DNA from: Chrysomallon squamiferum | Taxonomy: Eukaryota > Animalia > Mollusca | Length of the DNA stretch: 64,000 nt | Reading direction: 5' to 3' | Assembly: GCA_012295275.1 (NCBI GenBank) | Contig: CM022671.1 | Coordinates: 3,534,001-3,598,000, forward strand | Part shown: positions 14,001 to 26,898 of the stretch, piece after piece | Position numbering within the stretch: the stretch's first letter is position 1 | Layout: each line of letters begins with the position of its first letter | Notes under the pieces: generated by a model | The model's input: only the letters and a program-made list of their open reading frames with translations | Databases searched by the model: none | Told to the model about the DNA's origin: nothing | Program-made: the position numbers and the translations under genes

Positions 14001-17000
14001 TTATAGGAATTTTAAAAAAATTTTTAGTTTTTTTAAATTTATATTTAACATTTTTAAATGCAGTCTCCACAGGATGTTAAAGTTTGGATTTTTGTTCACC
14101 ACACACTATTTGTCATATTTTTGTTTCAGTTTTTAAATCTTACAAATTATGGGTGTTGGCCTTTTTCCTTCCTGTTCCCACCTAATGTTTTAATCTGAAC
14201 TGGTGCTTATGGTTCTGAGAGTTGTGTATTTTCAGTAGTTATTTAATTTTTAATTTTTTTTAAAATTCAGTTCCTCTGTAATATTTTACACTTTTTATGC
14301 TTTGAATGTGTATGCATCTCAGTATGTGTGTGTCTGTCTGAATATGCACACATTATTACAGTAGTTTAGGTATGTAATTTCAGATGAATATAAATATTAA
14401 CATTTAAAATATTTAAAATATGCATATATTCGAGTAAATGTGCATGCATTATAATAATAGTTTGTGTGAGTGTGTGAATGTACTTTAATAAAGCTATATA
14501 TATTTGTGTCTGTGAATTATCTGTATTATAATTATTTAAAATGTGTGTGTGTGTGTGTATATTAATGTAGCATGTACTATGATAGTAATAATTGTCTATG
14601 TGTTACTGTGAAAATTCTTATAATTAAATTTAATATGGTTTGTTGAAAATTTCATAAAAATGGTAATTATTTTCATGCTCATAATTTTCAGTTTTGATTT
14701 TGATATTTCACAAATTTGTTGTTAACACTTTAAAAAGCCAACTTCTCCATGGTTTATCCAGTTCCACTAATTTGTGACTTTTACTGTTGGTTTATATTAC
14801 ACATGAATTTTACATCTAAACAGTAATAAATTTAGCTATATAACACCAGTCACTTCAGAATATAAATGTTGTAAAATAGGCTTATTCCTTCACGAAGTCA
14901 AAAGCTTTTAACAAGTAAATTTATGCATTTTTAAATGGGTTTTATCCATTTTGATTATCAACTTGTGGAAAAAAAAAAGAAAACATGTGTAGCTAGAAAT
15001 AATGCAGTATCATAAATATATAAAACATTGATTTATTTATAAATTACTCTGAATTACATGTGTTATCAACTGATGTGAGAATGTGGCTTTGAAAGTAACA
15101 CAACAAATCTCTGTTAAATTTGAGATTACATATTTTTTACCAAATAGAAACAGTCTCACTGATATGTCATGAAGAGAAATACTGTCGTTGGCCTTTTTAC
15201 ACACTGTCCAGACCAGTAGCAGATTTTCATTTAAAAATTTATATGGAAAAAAAATATACATGTGTATATATATTACTTTTACAATTCATCATATACATAA
15301 ATTATAGCTGAGGCTGAAAGATGATGATTTGTTGATTCAAGATATATCTTGAAAGAATAATTACCAAGTATTTATTTATTTATGCACATGCAGCCTGTTA
15401 TGAAAGGCTGGTGTTATTTCAGTTTGTTTGGGTAGTGTTCATTCATAAATTATAACAAATACTGAACACTGAGCAAGTGAGACCAACAACTGAAATTCTT
15501 GTGTAGGTTTTACTGAGTGAGAATCATTTCAGTATTTCATATTTTTAAATTTATGTTTTTATGTTATCTCTGTAACTTAATTGCCTTATATATGGATTGT
15601 TAATACCTCTTGTTTACTATTTATTATTCATATCACTAACAGAGGACATAATTTCATGATACCAGATACATATTTTCACAAATTTCTTTTCTGTAAAACA
15701 ATATATTAACATGACAGTATTTGTTGTATAATGTTTTCTACTCCAGAATTGATATTTTATGTGAATATATTAATGTACTTTAATTTGTACCTTCTGTTTG
15801 TTACAAACACAAGCAAACAGTTAGTCATCACAACATTGACAAACTGAATTCTCTGATCCTTGGCTTGGATTTCTCTGTCAGACACTCTTGGCTCTGGCTG
15901 TACATAAATGTATTTACATGTTTCAAGAAATGTTTCTTCAGCAGGCAAACAAACAAGCATTATTTTTTATCTATATGACCTGTGTCACATATTTCTCTTC
16001 CATGTGACAGAATGCCTCAGTGACATTCTGTTCTACTTACTACTGTTTACTTGCTCATTACTGGTGTGTGTGTGTTTGTGTGTGTGTGCGTGCGTATATG
16101 TGTATAAAATCCATTGAAATGAAATCATGAAGTTTATAGAAACATGTTATACTTTTTAAACGGAAAAACAAGAATAAAAAAGAATATGTATTTATTTAAA
16201 ATGTTTATAAATAATTTCTTAGTGCTGGTTGGTGGGACCTTGGACTGTTTTTCTTTAGTTGTTGATTTTTGTACTTCATCATGTAGTAAACTCTTTCACA
16301 CAGTCTTTATTAAATTAAAAAAACAAACATAAATGATTATTTTTCAGTTGTCAAAAACTTTTTTTTTTCTTTTAAAATTTTGTGGTTGCCTTACAAGTCT
16401 GTTTTCATTTCTTCAGAAATGATATATTTTATTTTATAAATTCTTGAAGAACATACTATAAATGATAATAATAGATACATAAACTAGATATATATTTAAA
16501 TTATTAAAATTTACAAACTGGATTATGATGGGTTTTTTAGGGGTTTTTTAACGTTATGAACTTAGAGGTATATATATTTTTTATTTATATAATTATATAA
16601 TTGTTTGTTTTTTTTTTGTTTTTTTTAAAATAAAGAATAAAAAACAGCACAGCACTGTGCAAGCAAAGTAGTAGATATAAACTTTTAGGAAAACAGTTTT
16701 CCATTATCTTGGAGTCTATTTTTCAAGATGAAAAATTGTAAGAATATGTGAGAAAAATAAGAACAAAGAATATAATTTCTTGATTGTATTTTTTGAATAA
16801 TGTAAAATCTCTGTAAAAAAAAAAAGCAGAATGAAATAATTTTTTAAATATATAATTTGTTATTCTGGTGTATGTTTTTCTGTGGTTTGTAAATTAAATA
16901 TTTATTTTTTAGCTTGTTTTAAAGTGATGTCATAATTATTTCTCCATTAGTCATGTCAGAAATAAAAGATGAGAAATGTAATTATTTTGTTTGTTTTTGA

Positions 17001-17005
17001 GGGTG

Positions 17006-17036
<31 letters not shown>

Positions 17037-17088
17037 GTATATAAATTGTAACTATTTAAAAAATTTCAGTATAAAGCATTATTATTAT

Positions 17089-17124
<36 letters not shown>

Positions 17125-17599
17125 TAACTCCAAAACATTTTCATAATATTACAAGTTTGGAAGTGAATATTCAATTTGTTGAACATCTTAATGTTAACAT
17201 TAATTTGATGTTAAATATACAATTTTTACATTATAACATGAGAGAAAATTTGCTGCCCCTGTTGAGTCAAAATATCATTAGCAATAAGTGATGTATTGAG
17301 TGAACCTTCCTATAAACAGGTCTTAAGCCACCCAAAATGGACCGAGTAAGAAAAAGATGTTTACTATCCACTAATGACAAACACCAACAGTTTCAAACAT
17401 AAATATGCAGTTTAATAATACCTGGTTATTTTGAAAACCGGTGGAACTAAAGGTCATAATAAAATAATAATAAGGAAATGCTTTGGTTGTAAGTTATTAT
17501 TATTAACTTTATTATCATTTTATATATATATATGCGTGTGTCTTCAGCTTTTCTAATTTATTTATTTAAATAACCCAGAACTGCTGAATAAATACAACA

Positions 17600-18041
17600 C
17601 TTCCTTGTTTTGAATTTGTTCGTGTGTGCAATGTTTAAGTAAGATTCAAAGATAGTAACGACCTATTTTCAAGCAGGATGCACGAATCACGGATGCACGA
17701 GTCAAGTGTAATGAATCTAGGACGTTTTAATCATACATGCTATTAACTGCTATAAAACAATTTGTTGTTGATATTGTTTAATTTCAATTAATAAAATATG
17801 ACTTCAGATATGTAAACATAACAGTCAAGCAAAATATTTTAAAAATTTGATGAGTAATGACGCAATTAATAATTCATAAAACTTTCTTTCAACTTGAACA
17901 AGTCGACCAAATCCGGAATGTCGGTATTATTTTTCGTCAAAGGCCGATTGATTCCGATGTTCACTATATGTCATTCGGAAGAACTCGACACCTTACGAAT
18001 TGAAACGAGTATAGTCTCACATTGCTATACTTTTGCTTGCA
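17600..18041 (+). promoter_or_regulatory. Putative G6PD promoter/5' UTR (CpG-retaining patch)
   Basis: CpG is visibly denser than in the CpG-poor gene bodies. Contains ATGACGCAAT (ATF-C/EBP-like, about 17857), CCGGAA (ETS-like, about 17913) and a duplicated ggatgcacga. Confidence 0.5.
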
Positions 18042-18724
18042 ATGATGGCTGGTTCGAAGAGTAATACCGATGTTTCCAACCTTGAAATTATTAATCGAAT
18101 GCGTGACACCATAGAAAATGAAGGAGAAGGAATGCTTCATGTTTTTGTTGTTTTCGGAGCATCAGTAAGCACCACTACTCTGAATTTATTTATAATTTCT
18201 TTATATATAGTTTACCCTATCATCAAGACATCTAATTTATTTACAGTAGTAACACATTCATTTGAAGGCCGTTCGCTGTTGTCGGCAACATGAAGTGATA
18301 TTTCCAAGTTTTGTGTTTTTAGCATAATTCTTTGTATTTATGATAAACAGGACGTTCTAAACACTTTTTTAATATTTCATAAAGATGATACATGTATATA
18401 AAAAAAATCAACAATACAAACAAATTATATACTTTTCACTAATAATAATAATAATAATATTTTTTTTTTAATAACTAAAGGCATATACATTTTATATAAA
18501 CCATCTGCTACATACAGATATTTATGAATTATTACTATATTAGTAAAATGTTTATTTTATTTTTTAGTATTTTGTTTTGCAACAACATGTCACTATAAAA
18601 ACATTCTAATGAAATAGCAGTTCTTGGATTTAGAATAAATATTTTATTAATTTATATCTGATTATTTATTTTTCAAATTTAATGATTATTTATTTATTTT
18701 TTATTATTATTTTATTATTATTAT

Positions 18725-18755
<31 letters not shown>

Positions 18756-21015
18756 CAGTTATTTATAAGGAAGGGAAAATAAAACATTAAGGGTGAATAT
18801 GGTGAGAATTAAATAATTTTTTTTTTGAAAATAAATTTTAAATAATATTAACATTTTTTTTTTTTTTTTTTTTTTTTTTTTAGGGAGATCTTGCAACCAA
18901 AAAAATCTACCCAACACTTTGGTAAGTTTTAGCTTCAAATAGTGATTTTTAATATCACATTATATTTTTGTGCTTAGTCATGTTAATGGTGTTTATGACC
19001 TCCCCATTGGAATACATTATTAAAAAAAACTGTATTTTGCTGTGAATAATTTCTTACATTATGTCACTGAGTGTGGATGTACATGTATAAAGAGTTGGAG
19101 TTACAATATTTTTTATTTTTTGTAATTTTTTCATGATACTTTTTATACCATCAGTTATATTTATCATATATAATGTTGCTGAATGTAAGGTTTAATGCTC
19201 AGGAAAAGCACAGAAAAAATATAAATAAATAAATAAATAAATTATAATAAATTATAAAAGACAAGAGAAAAGAACAACATTAACAATCAAAAACCTGGAT
19301 TGTTGCTTTGTTATATATACTGTTTAATACACACACACATTTTAGGTATTTTGAAAGTCTTTTACACTTTATTTTTTAGTGAAATAGATTATAACCTTTT
19401 ATCAAAGTATAGAACTGACAATAAGCGTGAGCTAGATATTAATTCAAAAAAATGATAATGTGATTTTTTATTTAAAATTTTTCCATGACTCAGCAAAAAT
19501 GGTTTTAGAACCTACTATATGTGTATGTATTTATAGATACATGTCATACTCTGGTGCATGAAGTAAATCCCTGTAAATCAATGAAAACCAGAACTGATAA
19601 ATAATAATATTAATTTCTTTAATTTATAAAAAATTAACTTAAATTTTATACCAGTAATATTATATATTTTGATTATGATACACACAGTAAGTAAATTCAA
19701 TTTCTTAAAAAGCAAAGTTCATACATGTTAAAAATTACTATTCACTGCAGTGTATTTACACTTGAAACATTTAGTTAATCAGTGATGCATATCTCACAAC
19801 CGTGTAACCATTTCAAGTCATTCATTTATACATCATTGATCATGTGACAAGTTTAATAAAAGAAATAAATTGCCTATTCTACCTTGCAGGCACAATTCAT
19901 TATTCAGTAGTGTACTGCCTAACAACAGTGTTTTGCTAAAACAGTGAACTTGGCTGTTGAGTAGAGATTCTTCACAGACTGTTAAAGAATATATGTATTT
20001 ACAGATGATAATATTTAAATATTTGGAAGCAAATGTACTTTGAAATGATAGCAGATTTACTTTGATACATGTTGTATTTAGCAGAAATTGATGTAAAAGT
20101 GATAATTAGTGATAGATTGTGGCAGTAAAATTGCTTACAAATAACTGCGGTTTCTTTTATTTTATTATTGGGATTCAGTAATTATTCTTTCATTTTATTG
20201 TTTTAAATCTATTTAAAGATAATAACAGAAACAGAATGAAATTTAGTGTCCTCAAAAATGGTAATAAGTTAAAGCTTTTTTATTTTCTTAATTATTTTTT
20301 ATTGGGTTTCAATAAACATTTCTTGATCTGGTTCTTTTAATCTACTTTGTTGTGGTCATACACACAGTATTAAATTTGATATAAAATGTACTTAAAGTAA
20401 TATAGATAGAGTCAATACATTGAAGAGATGGTTATGGACCAAAAGGTTTTTATTTTTTCATTTTCTAGTATTAACAGAAATGTCAATAAATGTTCATTTA
20501 CTTCTTTTAAATTTACCTTGAAATGATAATATACATAGTACTTGACTGAAGATATGCTTGAAGATAACAATAAAGATAAATGCACTTAGAAATAACAGTA
20601 AGCCAAGATTTGTTTTATTTGAGTGTCAGCAAACATTGGATCATTTTGTTCTTTTAAATTTACCATGAAATGATAATTTGAATAGTACTTGATTGAAGAT
20701 CTGCTTGTAGATAATAACAGAGATAGTGTAAATAGCTAACAGATCTCATTAAGATCAAATTCCACTTTTGTTACAGTGTTGAAAATGACTGTCAGCACTG
20801 ATAATTATCTGCATTAACACACTTGATTCCTGTTATTACTTCGTGTGATTATGTATCAGATGACACTTCTTTAAAGGCAACAACTCATTGATCACAGGTT
20901 AAAGGTCACCTGTAAATGGTATGATGATCATCAGATTGATAAAAGAAACACCAATTTTATTGTTTTTCATTTTATTAATATTAAAAAAAAAAAATAATAA
21001 ATAACATCACAATTA

Positions 21016-21049
<34 letters not shown>

Positions 21050-23157
21050 GCATCTAAACAGAACACTATCTTTAAATTATAGGGTGTGGTGCCTAATGAA
21101 AAAAGATGAGTTTTGAAATGGTTTGAGCTCACTGGAGTGGCATTATTTATTACTGACATATTTTATTTTATTTGTTTATTACACACTTAAAGTACATTTG
21201 CATTCATATATAAAAGAAACAAAAAATATTAGTGTACTTGTCAATTTATCAAGGTTTTCAAAATATTAGATTAACCTAACAGAAACCATAGTTTTTTGCC
21301 ACTATATTAACACTTTATAACACAGAAAAACAGTTAATGGTACACACATAACAAAGGCAGTGATTAAGTGCAGATAATGAGATGGGGTCCAGGAGTTTTT
21401 CTCTGGGCAATTTTATTCAATGAGAAAGCCTTAGGTGTAATGCAAGCATTTTCTAAAAACCACTGGTTTTGTTCAAAACTTTGTGGATATTTTATAGAAA
21501 AAATGTAATTCTTAGTTTTATAGTTCATATAATACACAAAATTACTATTAGGTGATTCTCAGTGTTAGGTGATTCATAATGTGCAGTAACAAATGAATTC
21601 TTTTTGATGTTGAATTGGGCATTTAACTGAAACTGGGAGTGTTGGTTTATTGAAACTTCATGTGCAATACAAACTGAAATCAGTTTTTTTATGTGGATCT
21701 TCCATGTCATAAGCTAAATTTCACACAATTTTTGATAAATATCACAGGTTGTCACCTGACTTCTCTTGGACTGACAGTCTTCCAGTGACTTATCTGCCTT
21801 CCTTTGATCATTATCAAAGATATTTTATGCATATATGTATATATATATATGGATGTGTGTTCCTCTGTGTGTGAGTGTGCACATCCATAATGTACATGTT
21901 TTTTGTATTATTGTTGTTTTTGCTATTGCAATAAAGTTAGCTTGCACAGATCATGCCAAACTGTATGTTAATTTGAAAATTCTGCTTTATTATTGGCACT
22001 AAAAAGATCACCTGAAAGTATGCAGAGTCTATCTGTACAGTCATTAAGCCTAAAGTATTTGAAACAGAAATCACCTTACTCTGGGCTTATGTGCCATTTT
22101 TGAATCTTTTTTAAAATAACATTTTGACAAGGAATCACACCTCTGACAGATGTGACTGTTTGACTGTGTGATTGTTATGGTCAAACTTCACAGCAGGTTA
22201 TGCTAACATGTCCAGACCAAATCATATTATTAATGTTATTGTCATTCATGTGTCACCAGACTGAGAAATAATTAACACAGAAAGGCATGTATATATTACA
22301 TATGTTCACTCAAGCATCATCAAATGCTAACATTGAGAAACGTGTATGTATATTATAAACTTTTACTTTAACCTTAGCAGGTAAACCTGCTGATCCTTTA
22401 CACAAGCATCCAGCCATGCAGCTTTATTGTCCTTCTGAAATTAGATTTTTTTAAAAAGTAAAACTGATATGAATAAAGTTAGTGTTTATATATAAAAAAA
22501 ATAAAAAAATAAAACCAGTCTGAAAAGAAAAGACAGGATAAAAAAAAGTAAATAAATAAATAATAATAGTACATTTTTTTTTTTTTTTTTTTTAAATAAA
22601 ATAAAATAATGTAAAGTAAATAAAATAAAATAAAATAAAATAAATACATAAATGAAATACACAAAAAACAAGTAAAAAAACAACCTTGGCTAGTTATTTT
22701 TTGTCCATCCTCACCATTGGTCTCAGCAATCATTATAAAAATACAACTCAGTAGTGAAAGCATTTGCCTCAGGAATGAGAAGTCAGAGGATCAGTCCTGC
22801 TTGGTGTAGTAGCTATAATCTTCTTTTCAGATAATGTTCTGTGATTGTTAAACAAATGAAATACGGTGTGTGCTGTCCTGTGTAAGGGAAAGTGAATGTA
22901 TAGAAAATTAGCATTAGCCCATGACAGATTTAATTTTTTCAAATTGTCATTAATAAATTATATGATTGGTACCTGAATACTATTATATTGCTGTCAAAAT
23001 GTATTTCATGTACTACATGTTAACCTAAGTAATTATATTCATAACTATTTTGATGATTATAACTGTGGTTGACCATATGTATCTCAATATCTCATTCAGA
23101 TTGTCCCTTGTTTTGTTTTTTTTTTTTTTTGTTTTAAGAATAATTTCTATTTTTTTA

Positions 23158-23198
<41 letters not shown>

Positions 23199-26100
23199 TC
23201 AATAAATCTTCATTTCTTTTTAGGTGGTTATTCAGAGATGGTCTCTTACCAGTTAAAACTAATTTTATTGGTTATGCAAGAACTAAAATGACAATGAATG
23301 AACTGAAGGCAAAATGTCTGCCGTACATGAAGGTACATTTACACTAGTGTTCAGTTGGATTAATGTCAATTGCTATGTGTATTAAATAGGAATTAAAATA
23401 ATTAAAGAACAGTGTTTTACTAACAGGAAGGTACATGCGCAGAAATGTTCTGAAGTTTTACTTATTGTCTGTATGTTGACATCCAAAATGAAAAAGTTAT
23501 TACAAACAGTGGAAATTAATATTTGTAGGTTTTATATTTTAATTTTTTATTAATGCATGTTTGTGTGTGTGTGTTTATACATGTAAAAGCACAATTTAAA
23601 AAAGTAATAAATAAATAAATAAAATATTCTATTTTGAATCAATAAATTTCTGATTTTATTCTATTTTTTGAAGTATGCTTCAATTATTGAAATTTTGGTT
23701 ATCAGTCATTAGAATATTTGTTATCTCAGTTGTCTCCTGATATGAACCAATTCCTACAAGGATTTTTAAGACAGTGTTTATATACTGTGCCTCTCAGTCA
23801 CTGTCTCCATTTTATCATACAAAATATTATAACTGTTATCAGTGATGTGCTTCTTAACACTGGATCAGTAATATGGAAGAAAATCAAAATGACTGGAATA
23901 CAATAATTACATTTAGCAAGTTCATACAGAGGCATTATAGTCATTTTGCTTACATATTTAGTTAGAGTATTTGCTTGTTTTGTTTTTTTGCAGCTGAAAC
24001 CAGAAGAGAATGAAAAAGTGGAACATTTTTTCAAGTTAAATGAGTACATGGCTGGTTCCTATGACAAGGCTGAGGATTTTTCCAAACTCAGTAAACTAAT
24101 AGACCAGAAAGGCTCAGCAAACCGACTTTTTTATCTTGCTTTGCCACCCTCTGTGTTTGAAAAAGTCACACTCAACATCAAGGCTGTGTGCATGGCTCCT
24201 GGGTGAGTGTAGAACCAGAACCAGATTCAGCTGTCACCTAAGATGAAGCTACTGCTCATGGCTTTACAGTCAGAAGCAGCCTCTGTGAATTTCAGTTCAA
24301 ATAATACACATTGTTATTCTTGTCAAATGTGGCCTATGTAGCCTCACCAAATCTAAGTTTGCCGTTAAGTGTATGAATGGTTTGTTTGTGTGAGTTACAG
24401 AAATTGTACAGAGTTAGGAATGAAAAACAGTTGAGTTTCATTTTGGTTTAAGATGTCATAAAATATAAAAATAACAGAAAATAATAAATTACATAACAGA
24501 GTATGGAATCATTGTTTTATAATGAAAAAACATATTTTTTATTTAATTAAAAAAACTAAAATTGTAACATTATTAGGATAAAATTTTGGGGTCAAGATAT
24601 AACTGAGGGATAAATATCTTTAACTTTTCAAAATTTAAGTGGAATTACATGCATATTGTTGATTATATTTAAATTTTAAAAAAAAATGTTCTTATCAATT
24701 AAAAAATCTCAACAATGCAACAGATTAAAAAAATAATCCCAGAACATAATTTTTTTTGTTTTTGTTTATTGGTCATGTTATGTGTTACAGAGAAAGATGG
24801 ACGAGAATTGTTGTAGAGAAGCCATTTGGTTATGACTTGGAGTCCTCAAACTACCTGTCAGCTCATCTCTCTGCTTTGTTTAAAGAAGATCAGCTCTACA
24901 GAATTGATCACTACCTAGGCAAGGAAATGGTGCAGAATCTCATTGTTTTAAGGTACTGTAAAGAAGAAGGTCACTGTTAAAATGTATGACATCTGTGCAA
25001 AGTCCTGTTTTATGATATTATGAAAATCGTCACAATGTTGATTAAAGCTTTTGTTAAAGTATACATTTCTGCACAAAATGTTATGTCTTGTATGTAAATT
25101 TATGACTGACAAATGACCTGATTACCCCCAAATTGTAGTTGTACTTGTTTTTTTTTCATGATTTCTGATAATGCTGATAATGAAGTATAATAATAAAAGG
25201 ATATATCCAGGAAATGATGGATGCAGTTTTTTTTTTATATTATTTAGTGCTGTATTTAAGTAATAATAATAATAATAATAATAATAATATCTAATTCCCT
25301 AGCAACTCTTGGTTTTAAACAAAAAACAATCACCTGGATGTGTGCAAAATATATTTACATTATTTGTTCATATCACCATAGAAACAATGAGAAATGTAAT
25401 GCTGACATGTATTTGTTTCTATTTTTAGAATCTTGTGTGAAATCACAAAAGCATAGAAATAGAAAACCATGAATTTTAAAATTCCGACATAAAGTGTGGT
25501 ATCTTTATTTTTTCTCTTTAGGTTTGGAAACCGAATATTTAGTCAGATTTGGAACAGGGACAACATCGCCAACGTGGTGATCACTTTCAAAGAGCCATTC
25601 GGAACTCAGGGTCGAGGTGGATATTTTGACAAATTTGGAATAATTAGGTGTGTGGCAGTTTAATTTCTTCTGATGTTACAGTAAACAGTAATAACAATAT
25701 ATGTGATACGTATGATTGTTTGAATGTTAAAAGTGTTAATTGCTGTGAAGATTTCACAAATTGAATGTAAGTAGTATATGCTAATTTATAGATACTTCAA
25801 TTTTCAGAGATGTTATGCAGAATCATCTCCTCCAGATTCTTACTCTCACTGCCATGGAAAAGCCAGCAACCACAGGAGCTGAAGACATCCGAAATGAAAA
25901 AGTAAATTATTACTTCATAACATTTAGTATCCCTAGTTTGTTAATGCTTCCACCTGTTTGTTTTTTCATTTGATAAAATTTACTTGAAGTACACAGATTG
26001 TGTAAATGCATTTTATTTATTCTTGATGAAATCAATTTCTGTTAACATCAAAGTATGACAATAAAATAACAAGCTTAAGATAATGTCAAGAGGCAGACAT

Positions 26101-26840
26101 TTTCTCAGAAAACAAAGTTTCCACTTTAATAAATTGTCCTAGATAAACCACTTTTGATAGTTTTCTTTGTTGTCTGACTACAGGTAAAAGTCCTGCGATG
26201 TATTCGACCAGTGAAAATGGAAGATGTGGTGCTGGGACAGTATCAGGGCAACCCAAATGGCACTGGAGAAGAAAAAGATAGTTATCTTGATGATCCTACT
26301 GTGCCAAAGGGTAGCTTTTTTCTTTTGAATCATTAATAATCTGAAGTTAATGATAGTTCAGTGACAGGTTGCTACCCAAGGCAGAATCAGTCCTGCTTGA
26401 TGCTCCCTCTGGGCTATTGTCCATTCCAGCCTTTGTTCCATAACTGGTTTATCAAAAGTCTTGATATGTGCTTTCCTGTTTATGAGAATGTGCATATAAA
26501 ATATTCCTTGTTGCTAAATGTGATAGATGACAAAGGGTTTCATCTTGTGTATCATCATTAAACAAAAACAATACTCCTGGACTCATAATATTAAAATGTG
26601 CTGAGGTTAGATATTTGTTCAGTCTTAATACTTGATGTTTTATATATGATACGTTAAATGTTCAGTGTTTTTTTTTTTTTTTTTCCAGATTCTCTAACAC
26701 CTACATTTGCTGTGGTTGTGTTGTATATAAGAAGTGAGAGATGGGATGGAGTTCCATTTATTCTCAGATGTGGTAAAGGTATGTCTGCTAAACCATCTGT
26801 GAGATAATATCTCAGCTGGACTTAGAGTAATCATCATAAT

Positions 26841-26898
<58 letters not shown>

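Noticed and set aside
11300-17200. Short ORFs between DENND6 and G6PD and in 47-64 kb
   Set aside because: No recognisable domains or consistent exon chains; composition fits long UTR or intergenic DNA. No tRNA or rRNA was recognised.
26181-26190. cag|gtaaaa at the G6PD exon 8 acceptor resembling a recursive splice site
   Set aside because: GTA AAA simply encodes the conserved V-K, and the flanking introns are short.
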